The translations under genes were made by a program, and so were the position numbers. Of a DNA stretch of 64,000 bases, positions 29,651-38,994 are shown piece after piece; within the stretch, counting starts at the first letter, position 1, and each line of letters begins with the position of its first letter. The notes beneath the pieces are model-generated. The model saw nothing but the letters and a program-made list of their open reading frames with translations, was not told the DNA's origin and did no database searches. Source of the DNA: Gemmatales bacterium (lineage in GTDB: Bacteria > Planctomycetota > Planctomycetia > Gemmatales > HRBIN36); contig JBEPZY010000005.1 in the NCBI GenBank assembly GCA_041640595.1, positions 64,001 through 128,000 of the forward strand, in the 5' to 3' direction.

Positions 29651-30248
29651 CTATGCGCTGTTGTAAAGCCTGCCGCAGTGCAGCCAGGCGTTCCTGCCAT
29701 TGCCACCAGACGGCCAGCTCTTGCCATTGGGCTCGATATTCACCGCGTCGCAATCGGCTATCGGGGACGAGATGCCAGCCGGCCACCATCTGCCGCAATG
29801 CTTCGGGTGCCTGTTTCTGCCACCATTCGTGATCTGCCGGATGCAATGCCAGCGTGATTCCTTCCTTTTGACTCAGTAAAGCGGTGAGTTCCTGGATTCG
29901 GCGTTGCCAGACCTCGACGGGGATGGGCACCGCCGGGCCCAGGGTCTCCTCCCACACCAGGCAGGCCAGTTCCAGTGCCAGTCGCGGCAAGGCCTGACGC
30001 AACTCCTGCAGTTGCTCCTGCCATTGCTGCCAGGTCTTCTGCAGGGCCGATTGCCAGCGGACGATCTGATCGAGCCTGTCGTCTGATGGTGCGTTCGATG
30101 GTGCTGCCGGTGCTGGTGTGGGAGTCGGTTCGGGCAGCGGTGTTGCCTCCGATTTTTCCGAAGCTAATTCCACCCGCAGCAGACGACGAGGCAAGCGGAG
30201 GAGATATTCACGCGCCATGCTTTCCATCCGGTGTCCTGCGGCGGTCAC
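29616..30248 (-). CDS. fliH: Flagellar assembly protein FliH (divergent)
   Basis: Position between fliG and fliI; LHPAD and LVPDSRLRRGE motifs; start may be the internal MESM/MARE. Confidence 0.7.
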   Translation of the reverse strand: MTAAGHRMESMAREYLLRLPRRLLRVELASEKSEATPLPEPTPTPAPAAPSNAPSDDRLDQIVRWQSALQKTWQQWQEQLQELRQALPRLALELACLVWEETLGPAVPIPVEVWQRRIQELTALLSQKEGITLALHPADHEWWQKQAPEALRQMVAGWHLVPDSRLRRGEYRAQWQELAVWWQWQERLAALRQALQQRIDADAVEPGTTG

Positions 30249-31237
30249 TCCGTTTCAAAGGTCAATTCCCCGGCAAGATCGAGCCGTTGTATGGCATCCG
30301 TCAATTGTTTCTGGGCCTCTTGCAATTGTGCCTGGGTGGCGTCGGTGAGGAATTCCATTTCTTCGTCCAGCGCTTCCCTGGCACGGCGGGAAAGGTTTTT
30401 GCGTACCTTCTCGCGTATTGCTTCGGAAGCCGCTTTCATAGCCAGTGCCAGGGTGCGTGAATCAATTTCGGTGAGCACGCGCTGCACCGAACGGTCTTGC
30501 AGGCGCAGCAAGTCTTCAATGCGATAGAGCATCTCTTTGACTCGCGCTGCCAGTGCCGGATCGGACTGTTCGAGTGCAGCCAGGACTTCCTTGCGGTCGC
30601 TGCGATCGAGTTGCCGCAACAGAGCCGCGGTGCGTTCCGCCTGGCGCTCGCTCAGGGCCAGGTCGGGATTTTCTGCGATGATCGCTACTTTGCGCAGAAG
30701 TGCCTGGACAATGCTGTGCAGGACTGCCGGCGGAGGGGGTTGCAGTTGGGCCAGGCGCAGGGAAGCCTCCCGACGCAATTCGGTCGGCAGTCGCCGCAAG
30801 ACTTCCGCCGCCTGCGTCTGTTGGAGATGGTGGAGAACAATGGCCACGATGCGCGGTTGTTCTTCGCGGAGAGCCGCCGCCAGAAACGCCGGTGAAACCT
30901 CGTTCAGCACCCGCCAGGCATCTGTCTGACCCTGTTCGGCTTGTTGCAAACGCTGCCGCAACTGAGCCAGGTTTTCGGCGGGCGCTGGCTTCTGGTCAAC
31001 TTCGTCGGTATGGGACGGACGGCTCACCTCGGCAGGCGGTTCGGCTTCGGCACGCAGCAGATTCTGAATTTCCTGCAGGGCTTGCTGGCGTAAAGCGGGC
31101 AAATCGCGTGAACCCGCAAGTTGCTGCATCGCCTGCCGCAACTGCGTTGCCTGCTCTGGACGCAGACGCTGAAGCACGTTTTCAGCGTCCGGTCCCAGGC
31201 TGGTCAGCAGTGCAGCAGCTTTGCTGAGCTGGCTCAT
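30245..31237 (-). CDS. fliG: Flagellar motor switch protein FliG
   Basis: KAAALL, EQPRIVAIVL, LALAMK, NLSRRA, EAQ C-terminal FliG motifs. Confidence 0.9.
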   Translation of the reverse strand: MSQLSKAAALLTSLGPDAENVLQRLRPEQATQLRQAMQQLAGSRDLPALRQQALQEIQNLLRAEAEPPAEVSRPSHTDEVDQKPAPAENLAQLRQRLQQAEQGQTDAWRVLNEVSPAFLAAALREEQPRIVAIVLHHLQQTQAAEVLRRLPTELRREASLRLAQLQPPPPAVLHSIVQALLRKVAIIAENPDLALSERQAERTAALLRQLDRSDRKEVLAALEQSDPALAARVKEMLYRIEDLLRLQDRSVQRVLTEIDSRTLALAMKAASEAIREKVRKNLSRRAREALDEEMEFLTDATQAQLQEAQKQLTDAIQRLDLAGELTFETE

Positions 31238-31551
31238 AAAGCGTTCCTGTTCGCGCGATCAGTTCCCCGCAAGCAGTGACCAGTGGCCGGTGGTCAGTGA
31301 TCGGTGACCAGTAATGGGTGCCGGTTGGTATAGTGGGTCGCTGGTTGTTACTGATCGGAGCTCGGTGATTAGCGGGCGGACGGTGTTGTTGAGCGTGAAG
31401 CAATGGACACTGGTCGGCGTCTGTGTTTGTTGGTGCAGCGTGCAAGAAGATTGGCGGCTGAAAGTTTGCGCTGCCAGGATTCTGGTCGGCGTGTGTCTAT
31501 GGTGGCGAATCGTGCAAGGGTCAGGCTCGCTCAAATTTAGCATGAAAGGAA

Positions 31552-33099
31552 TCAAGCCGCAGCACGCATGGGTTGTTCAGCGGTGGTAGAACGAGTTGCC
31601 GCAGCTGCGGGCGGCTGAGTTGCCGGGCTCGCTGCCGCCGACTCCAACCAGCGGGCAATGATCCGGGCAAGCAGGTCGGGATTTTGCCGCGCCAGTTCGG
31701 CAAGCCCTTCGGTCTGGGTCTGCGGTTGTGGCAGGATTTGAGCGGTGCGGAAACTGCGCAGCAGCAGCCAGGCGAAAGCCAGACCGGTCAGGGCAGCGAT
31801 AGCGAGTGCTGCCTGCCTGGCCAGTGCCAGATAGCGCTCCCATCTGGTGGCCTCCAACAGTTCCGTGTCCAGGGCGGAAGTATCGGGCGGCTGCAAACGC
31901 ACCTCGCTCACCTTGATTTCGTCGCGTCCGGATTTGAAGCCCACCGCCTGCTTGACAATTTCCTGCACATCGGCCAGCTGAATGGGCGGTTTGCCGCTCG
32001 CCTGCCCGGAAAGGTCCACCATGACGGCTACCGTCTGGCGTTCGATCTGCCCAGGTGCCTGAACGCGGGTGATTTCCGTCTTGGGCGGAGGATAGTACTC
32101 GGTCGTTTCGGTTTCCCGTTGCTCCGAGGAGGACTGTGTACCGCCTGTGCCAGCCCGACCGAGATTGCTGGTCGTTCCGGCCGGACCCCGACCTACACCG
32201 CTCGACCCACTGCTTTTCTCGTTGACCGTTTCCGACCTGCGAACCGGTTTCTGGTCGAGATTGTACGTTTCGGTTTTCTCGGTCACGGATTGAGTGTTGA
32301 AATCCACGGTAACCCGAACGATAGCCTTGCCGGGACCCAGAACAGCGGCGAGCATGCGCTCCGCTTCACTGGCCAGGTAAGCCTCGTATTCCCGCTTATG
32401 TTCCAGCACACTGGCGGTGAGCCCTGCGGTTCCGCCGGGTTCCGAAAGCAGTCGGCCCTGGCTATCTACGAGGGCGACGTTTTCCGGAGCCAACCCTTCC
32501 ACACTGCGGGAAACCAGTGCGGTAATAGCTGCGGCTGTGCTTCGCGGGAGCGTGTGTCCGGGCTTGAGTCGCAGCACGACACTGGCAGTCACCGGTTTGC
32601 GTTCCCGGACGAACGGAGTTGGTTCGGGCCGGCTGATATGCACTCGCGCGTAGGCCACCGGTTCCAGTTGCATGATGGTTCGCGCCAACTCCGTCTGCAA
32701 GGCTCGCGTGTAGTTGACCTGTTGCAGGAACGGTGTCAGGCCGAATGGAGTGCCATTGTCGAACAGATCGTCGAACGTTTTTCCACCCCGTGCCGGTAAG
32801 CCAGCTCGGGCCAGGTCCACCAGAGCCTGCTGGTGATAATTTACCGGCACCAGCACGGTCGTGCCCTGGTTCTCCAGACGATAGGGGATGTTCTGCGCCT
32901 GCAAACGTGCCGTGATCGCGCCGCTGTCTTCCAGGGACAGGCCACTATACAGAATGCGATACTCCGGTTGCATGGCCCAGTAAACGAGCGCAACCACGGC
33001 TAAAACGAACACACCGGCCAGCACGGCCAGCACAATGCGTCGGGCCACGCTCATGCCTTGCCACAACTGCACCAGATTGTCGCGGAGTTGAGCCCACAT
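31552..33099 (-). CDS. fliF: Flagellar M-ring protein FliF
   Basis: LYSGLS, YTRALQTELARTI, ARVHI, TASVVL, SVEGLAPENV, two TMs. Confidence 0.95.
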   Translation of the reverse strand: MWAQLRDNLVQLWQGMSVARRIVLAVLAGVFVLAVVALVYWAMQPEYRILYSGLSLEDSGAITARLQAQNIPYRLENQGTTVLVPVNYHQQALVDLARAGLPARGGKTFDDLFDNGTPFGLTPFLQQVNYTRALQTELARTIMQLEPVAYARVHISRPEPTPFVRERKPVTASVVLRLKPGHTLPRSTAAAITALVSRSVEGLAPENVALVDSQGRLLSEPGGTAGLTASVLEHKREYEAYLASEAERMLAAVLGPGKAIVRVTVDFNTQSVTEKTETYNLDQKPVRRSETVNEKSSGSSGVGRGPAGTTSNLGRAGTGGTQSSSEQRETETTEYYPPPKTEITRVQAPGQIERQTVAVMVDLSGQASGKPPIQLADVQEIVKQAVGFKSGRDEIKVSEVRLQPPDTSALDTELLEATRWERYLALARQAALAIAALTGLAFAWLLLRSFRTAQILPQPQTQTEGLAELARQNPDLLARIIARWLESAAASPATQPPAAAATRSTTAEQPMRAAA

Positions 33100-33188
33100 G
33101 GTGGACCGTTTCTGTGCAGGTACGCCCTGGTTCGCCCGGCGGCTTTCTCCCACCGATCAGGAACCTGCAATCTTACATGGCTGGCGGT

Positions 33189-33491
33189 TCAGACCTGCAT
33201 GCGCATGATTTCCTGATAGGCTTCGGTCAGACGGTTGCGGATTTCCAAAAGGAAGCGGAAAGTCAAATCAGCCTGGGCCAGCCGAAGCAGGACTTCGTGC
33301 AGATTGTCGGTTTGGCCGAGGGCGAGTGCCTCCACCGCCTGGTTGGCTTGGGCATGCGTTTGTCCCACCTGGTGGAGTAAATCCTGCACCAGCTGGGCAA
33401 ACGGCAACGGTGCCTGGCTTCTGGTGGGCGGTGCCGAGTCGGCTATCGGGATTGGCGTATAGCCGATTCCGCCAATGCCGCTGACCTGCAT
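33189..33491 (-). CDS. fliE: Flagellar hook-basal body protein FliE
   Basis: C-terminal EIRNRLTEAYQEIMRMQV. Confidence 0.95.
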   Translation of the reverse strand: MQVSGIGGIGYTPIPIADSAPPTRSQAPLPFAQLVQDLLHQVGQTHAQANQAVEALALGQTDNLHEVLLRLAQADLTFRFLLEIRNRLTEAYQEIMRMQV

Positions 33492-33639
33492 GCTTGTCTA
33501 TTTCCCTGGTTCGGCTCGACCGGTTTCGACCGCATCAGCCAGAGCCCGTCGGGCAGATGTCCCCGACAGTGCCAAGCAGCGCTGGCTTGTTCTCGGCGAT
33601 GGTGAATGCTGGTTGTGGGATGGCTCGTCACGGTCTGGC

Positions 33640-34065
33640 TTAGCCACGCAGCAACACAAACGCCTGCTCCATCATCTGCCGGAAGGTTTGCAGCACTTTC
33701 AAATTCGCTTCGTAAGCGCGGCTGGCCGTCAACAAGTTCACCATTTCCAGGGGCAAATTCACGTTGGGATACAGTACGTACCCGTCGGCATCCGCATCGG
33801 GATGGCCGGGTTGATAGACGCGAATGAAGTCGGAAGGATCGTCTTCGATGCCTGCCACCCGCACACCGTTCAGTTCGGGTTTGCCCAATCGGTTGCGGAG
33901 CACCGCTTCAAAAACGACGTCTTTCCGCCGATACGGTTGGCCGGTTACAGAACGGGTCGAAAAGGCATTGGCCAGGTTGTTGGCGATAACCTCCATGCGC
34001 AGCCGCTCGGCACTCAAGCCGCTGGCACTGATGCGGGTGATGGCGAAAATGTCCTCGAAACCCAT
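33640..34065 (-). CDS. flgC: Flagellar basal-body rod protein FlgC
   Basis: SASGLSAERLRMEVIANNLAN, PYRRK, PGHPDAD, PNVN, ASRAYEAN. Confidence 0.97.
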   Translation of the reverse strand: MGFEDIFAITRISASGLSAERLRMEVIANNLANAFSTRSVTGQPYRRKDVVFEAVLRNRLGKPELNGVRVAGIEDDPSDFIRVYQPGHPDADADGYVLYPNVNLPLEMVNLLTASRAYEANLKVLQTFRQMMEQAFVLLRG

Positions 34066-34292
34066 GGATTTTGCCCCGTGCTATGCTTGCCGCAGGTAAT
34101 ATGTTTCCGCGGAGCAGGCATCACCCAGGTTTGGTCGTTGTTTTGCCAAACCTATTATGCTCTCGGCGAGGATTGCTTTTCAGCGTGCCGGGCGACGGGT
34201 GCCGCTGCGAAAAGGCAAAATTTAGCTGGGCGTTCCCGAGGCCGACTCAGTTCCCATCGCAGCCGAGCCAGGCACTCGGAGTTGGGGCCGCG

Positions 34293-34643
34293 TTATCGGC
34301 CAGCGATAGCACTTCGCATTTCGCCGATCCGCAGCGCCAGAATCTGCACGTAAGTGTGATAAAGCAGGCTGTTTTTCGTCAGCAAGGAAAGTTCCTGGGA
34401 AAGGTCCACGTTGTTGCCATCGGCCCTGGCCGGGCTTTGCGGATCGGTTGTGATAATTGGCCGGGCATGGACGGCTGCTGTTCCCGACTTCAGTTGCCGT
34501 GCCAGTTCTTCCTCAAATCGCACAACCAGACGCTGGTAGCCAGGCGTGTTGACGTTGGCCACGTTCTGTGCAATGGCCCGATGACGCACGGCACAGGCGT
34601 CCAGCAATCGGTTCAGCAGGTCGAGTTGAGGAATATTGCTCAT
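34293..34643 (-). CDS. flgB: Flagellar basal-body rod protein FlgB
   Basis: IAQNVANVNTPGY and RADGNNVD motifs. Confidence 0.95.
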   Translation of the reverse strand: MSNIPQLDLLNRLLDACAVRHRAIAQNVANVNTPGYQRLVVRFEEELARQLKSGTAAVHARPIITTDPQSPARADGNNVDLSQELSLLTKNSLLYHTYVQILALRIGEMRSAIAGR

Positions 34644-34679
34644 CCTGTCGTCCGTGATTGACGCGATATAGGCAAGCTG

Positions 34680-34920
34680 TCCGGTGGTCATTGGCCAGTG
34701 ACCAGTGGCTGGCAAACGTTGACCGGTGGTCGGCGATCGGTGACCAGTAGCTCGCCGGCCCCCGACACCTGCTCACTGACCACCAGTCACGGGCCGCTGA
34801 CTACTTGCCGCTGGCCACCTGCTCCCCGGCCACCGATCACGGGTCGCTGGCCGCGAGTTACCAACCAGCGGTCACCGACCACCGACCGCTGGCCACTAGT
34901 CACCGGGCATTGTCGACCGA
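34680..34920. repeat. Heptamer tandem repeats in opposed orientations upstream of flgB
   Basis: CCAGTGA/CCAGTGG run followed by CCACT/CCGCTGG run. Confidence 0.75.
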
Positions 34921-35229
34921 TAAGGGCGTTGGCGCCACCGTGAGTCCCACCAATTCCGCCAGAATCTTCCGGCGTCAATGCCCTGGTCGGCGGAGATGCT
35001 CGATCCGGTGGCTGTCCAGACATCCCCAGGAATCCTGCCGCAAGTATCGGAAAGGCGACGGTGCGGCCTTTAGGGAATACGCCGGCTGTAACGACTGTGC
35101 CAACTCTGTCAGCAACCGACACCCCCCGCGATGAGTCCCATATTGTGGGCTCCGGTAGCAGAAGCTATGAGGTGCCGACTCTGTCAGCGACCGATACCTC
35201 CGCGATGAGTGCCCGTCAACTTGTTCGTC

Positions 35230-35900
35230 GCAAACAAGAGCGGGGAACGTCATCCCCCGTGGTCATGGTAACGTGACCGTCGGGGAGAAACGCATATCTG
35301 CAACAGCATGCGCACATGCAGCCAGGAGCGGCTGGCGTAAGCCAGCCGTGGTGCGTGAACGTACCCGTTTCACCAGCAGGAAACGCGCTTCGGCAGTGAG
35401 AGCCGTCCACACTATCAAGAGCGGCTGGCGTAAGCCAGCCGTGGGACGCGGGCGTGCTCAGTTGAGGAAAAACGCTTGCATCTGCAATTGCGTTACCGAA
35501 CCACGGCGGGCTGATGTCCGCCGCTCTTGGTCGGATGTGCGGACGTCGCCGAACAGTGCGCGATGTTTACCGCACGACGTTCGCACCACATACCACGGCG
35601 GGCTAACACTTGTCGCTCGTGATTCGGCGGTCGTGGTTCGCCGGACGTTATTCGCTGTGCACTGCCCGCGCGGCCGAATCGAACCACGGCGGGCTAACGC
35701 CCGCCGCTCTTGGTCGGATGTGCGGACGTCGCCGAACAGTGCGCGATGTTTACCGCACGACGTTCGCGCCACATACCACGGCGGGCCGACGCCCGCCGCT
35801 CTTGGTCGGATGTGCGGACGTGGCCGAACAGTGCGCGATGTTTACCGCACGACGTTCGCGCCACACACCACGGCGGGCTAACGCCCGCCGCTCTTGGCCT
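35230..35900. repeat. REP-like mosaic array 4
   Basis: About 7 hairpins; one spacer (GTCGGATGTGCGGACG...CCGCACGACGTTCGC) occurs three times; 35350-35420 is the reverse complement of the array-1 unit. Confidence 0.9.
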
Positions 35901-35996
35901 CGTTTGTTTCCTGGGGGAATCGCTTGGCCGCCTGTTCGCCGATGGCTCGTGCGTGAGCGGAGATGCTCGATGCAGCCCACAGCGAGGGCGCGGTGC

Positions 35997-37019
35997 CTAC
36001 TGCGAACCGCTACCTTCCGGACGGAAGAACGGGAAGATCCGTCGCGGTGGTGAAGAAGGTTGCGGTTGCGGCTGTGGTGCGGGTGGGTTGGGCGTCAAAG
36101 GAGCGATTACCGGGGATTCGTTTCCGCCAAGGCTTTGCGCCAGCGGCAGGAAGTTAATGCGTTGCGTCTGCCCTGCCTGGACAGTGATCTCATGTTCCGT
36201 GGTAATCGGCTGTCCGTTGGGTCCCGGCCAGGAAAGACGGATTTTGTACAGGTAAGTCTTGCCCGGCTGCAAAGGTGGCGACTGGAAACTTCGCACCGAA
36301 CCGGTTTGGCTCATGCGCTGATCTTCGATCCAGAGCGTGGCCTGCGGGGGAACTTCGATAATCAGGATCGCGGGAGCCGGTTTCTGCGGTACCACCGGAG
36401 TAACCTTGCTTCCAGCAGTGCCGGGCGGCGTGGTGCCAGCCGATGCCGAAGGCGGCGTTGCAGGTGGCTGAGGAGGTGAGTCAGCAGTTTGCACGGCAGG
36501 ACTGAGCGGACGTGGTGGCTGGCTGTTCGACGGTACTGGCGGAGTTGGTGTTGGGGCTACCGGCGGATTTACCGTTGTGTTCGGTGCTGGCTGGACGGGC
36601 ACGGGGATCGCTGGTTTGCTGGGTTCAATGGGCGTGGTGCCCGGGGAAGGGTTCGGGATGGTCGGTGGGGTAAGGGGCGGTGGAAACTCGATGGGTGAAT
36701 TGCCTGAACCTGCTGGCTTGTCCACGGTGGGTTTCGCCGGCGGGGTCGGGTCAGAATCCGTCGCTTCGGGTTTCTGTTTTTCGATTGGGCGGACGGTGAG
36801 TTGCTCGATGGCGGGAGTGGTCGGCTTGGCCGTCTCGGTCGGGACCGGTGCAGGAGTCGGCGGTTTGGTTGCCGATGGCGGAACTAGTTCCGGACCTGGT
36901 GGCGGTGGGGGTAACGGTGCCTGGCTCCAGCTCGCCAGCGCTGGGGTCAGGACGACCAGCATTGCCGCCGACCAGTTCCGCAAGCAGGTGAAAACTCGCC
37001 TGTGCGATTCCTTCCGCAT
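35997..37019 (-). CDS. Pro-rich exported protein with TIGR03000 (planctomycete) domain
   Basis: IEVPPQATLWIEDQ...TGSVRSFQSPPLQPGKTYLYKI signature after a long Pro-rich region. Confidence 0.88.
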   Translation of the reverse strand: MRKESHRRVFTCLRNWSAAMLVVLTPALASWSQAPLPPPPPGPELVPPSATKPPTPAPVPTETAKPTTPAIEQLTVRPIEKQKPEATDSDPTPPAKPTVDKPAGSGNSPIEFPPPLTPPTIPNPSPGTTPIEPSKPAIPVPVQPAPNTTVNPPVAPTPTPPVPSNSQPPRPLSPAVQTADSPPQPPATPPSASAGTTPPGTAGSKVTPVVPQKPAPAILIIEVPPQATLWIEDQRMSQTGSVRSFQSPPLQPGKTYLYKIRLSWPGPNGQPITTEHEITVQAGQTQRINFLPLAQSLGGNESPVIAPLTPNPPAPQPQPQPSSPPRRIFPFFRPEGSGSQ

Positions 37020-37544
37020 GATCAGCCTCCTTATCCGTGATATGTGGAGCGTCCATTCACCGGTTTACCGACAGGTGGTTTCCCTTCGGGCGACAAACGC
37101 CGCAGTTTCCGCAAGCCGGTCATTTGACTTCCCAAAGGGACAGACCGATTTTGCAGCGCCCGTTGGACGGGAAGCTTGCCTGGATATGCCGGGCATTGTC
37201 CAGAAAAACGCAGTTTTGCCAAGCCCAGTTTCTAGACGCATTGCCCGGACCGCGCGTGCCAGCGTCGGCGCGTCAGCGGCGTTCAGGCAGTCGTCAAAGC
37301 TCCAGGAGAAATTTCGCATCCGGCACAAGCCATTCGGCTGCGATGAGCAGAAAGCGCATCGAGAGTTGTCACGTTTGGCGCCCACCGCGCGTTTAAACAG
37401 TGCAGGTGACTGGACAATTTCTCCCGGGCAACCGAAACAGGAGCATACCAGCTTGTACCGCGCTAACGCCCTGACGAACCATCACGGCGGGACGAAGAGA
37501 GGTATTTCAGATACAATCACCATCAACAGCAGGGTGGTGCCAGC

Positions 37545-38915
37545 ATGGCCAAACGAAAACGCACAGAGTTCTACCGACCGCACCTGACTGCCACAGTTCG
37601 TCGGCAGGCGAAACCGTATGCTCCGGTTCGCTCATGGCTGAAGCGGTTGCAGCAGCTGAACTGTTTGTGGCAAAGCGGTTGGCCGGGACAGGAATTGTCA
37701 TCGGACATGGCTTTCGCGGTATCGGCTGGAAATCTTGCACCGCGCGAGTGTTACCGGTTTCTTGCCTGCCTGGGGGCACTGCGACGCACACGGTTGATGG
37801 AGTTTCTGCCGGCACAAAGGCGCGCGGAAATGCGAACACCCTTTTCCGAGTCGGCGTGCGACATTGCAACGGCAGCTGCTCCCAGAAGCGTCGTGCCGAT
37901 TCTGGAAGAGCCGGCGCCGTTTGTTCCTCAACGTTCCAGCTGGTTCGGGCTGGCCTGCCAATATGCGCAGCTGTTGGGCTGGGCAGAACGCTTTTACCGC
38001 CAGTTCGGACTGATTTTGGTCAGCAAAGGTCTCGGAATGTTTGATGCGGGAAAATGGTGGCAGCAGGCCGAAAAACTGGTGGCCGCAACCGAGTTTGTGG
38101 ACTTGCCAGAATGCTCCGACCGAACAATGCAACAACTGACCAGACGCGTTCGCCGGCTTTGGGACGAACTGGATAGAGCCGATTTGTTTGTTGCTCTGGC
38201 AAACCTGACGACCTTTTTCAGCGAACCAGCCGACTGGGAAAGGGTCCGCGTCGTAGCAGGAGTATCGCTCTCGGCTGACGAAGTGTCGCAACAATTGGAC
38301 GCATTGCAATCACGGCTGGCCGAAGTTCACAGCTGGCTCCGCGAACATCCGGAACCGTTTCTGCTTATTGACGCCTATATTCAAGCGGTGGCGGCAGGCT
38401 TTCGCAAGGATTTGCGCCGCTACGGGGATTTGTATTTGACCGCCACGAAATACGCGGCCATGCTCGATGCACTCGAAATAGCCGAAGGCGTTGCCCCGAT
38501 GTTCCGCAAAGCCGCGCGAGATCTGCAAGCCGAACTCGCATGCCTGCGGCAGGACGACGTGAGCCAGTGGTATTATCCGCGCTCGGAAATTCTGCCACCG
38601 CTTCTGGCCGCGGCGAGCGGCACGGCAGCTCCGGCGCGGATTCTGCGCTGGGAGGCTCCGGATAAACGCTATCGGGCAGCGATGCTGATTCGCGGCAACG
38701 GTGTGGTGCTGCGGTTTTTCACGCGCCGGGGCACCACGGCAAACTTCCTGGAAGGCGAACAGGTTTACCTGGCTGGTGTACCTGCCACGATTGATGAAGA
38801 CGGTTGGGCGATCATCCCTCTGGAAGAATTGCTCCAGTCGGAAGAAGACCTGTATCTGGAAGTTGGCAAGCAGCGTGTTCGCTGGCGCCCTTTGCAGCAA
38901 CGCACGCCCAACTGA
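37545..38915 (+). CDS. Hypothetical protein (helical core, LAAAS linker, C-terminal beta domain); partner of the Lon-CARF gene
   Basis: 456-aa ORF co-oriented 79 bp upstream of the Lon-CARF gene; start uncertain. Confidence 0.7.
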   Translation: MAKRKRTEFYRPHLTATVRRQAKPYAPVRSWLKRLQQLNCLWQSGWPGQELSSDMAFAVSAGNLAPRECYRFLACLGALRRTRLMEFLPAQRRAEMRTPFSESACDIATAAAPRSVVPILEEPAPFVPQRSSWFGLACQYAQLLGWAERFYRQFGLILVSKGLGMFDAGKWWQQAEKLVAATEFVDLPECSDRTMQQLTRRVRRLWDELDRADLFVALANLTTFFSEPADWERVRVVAGVSLSADEVSQQLDALQSRLAEVHSWLREHPEPFLLIDAYIQAVAAGFRKDLRRYGDLYLTATKYAAMLDALEIAEGVAPMFRKAARDLQAELACLRQDDVSQWYYPRSEILPPLLAAASGTAAPARILRWEAPDKRYRAAMLIRGNGVVLRFFTRRGTTANFLEGEQVYLAGVPATIDEDGWAIIPLEELLQSEEDLYLEVGKQRVRWRPLQQRTPN

Positions 38916-38994
38916 CCGACCCGGCCGCTGGCATTCGCTCCGCTGCTCCGGCAGACTGCTACCGCAGCACGGCAAGCGTCGGGAGAGCACGGCC

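Noticed and set aside
35085..35180. Sigma-54 promoter for flgB (minus strand TGGCACAGTCGTTAC)
   Set aside because: The -12 element reads AC rather than GC, the site lies in a 75-bp duplication, and the second copy has wrong spacing
38701..38994. N-terminal extension of the Lon-CARF ORF in the ORF track
   Set aside because: Overlaps the upstream gene; ATG 38995 has an RBS and gives a clean 79-bp gap
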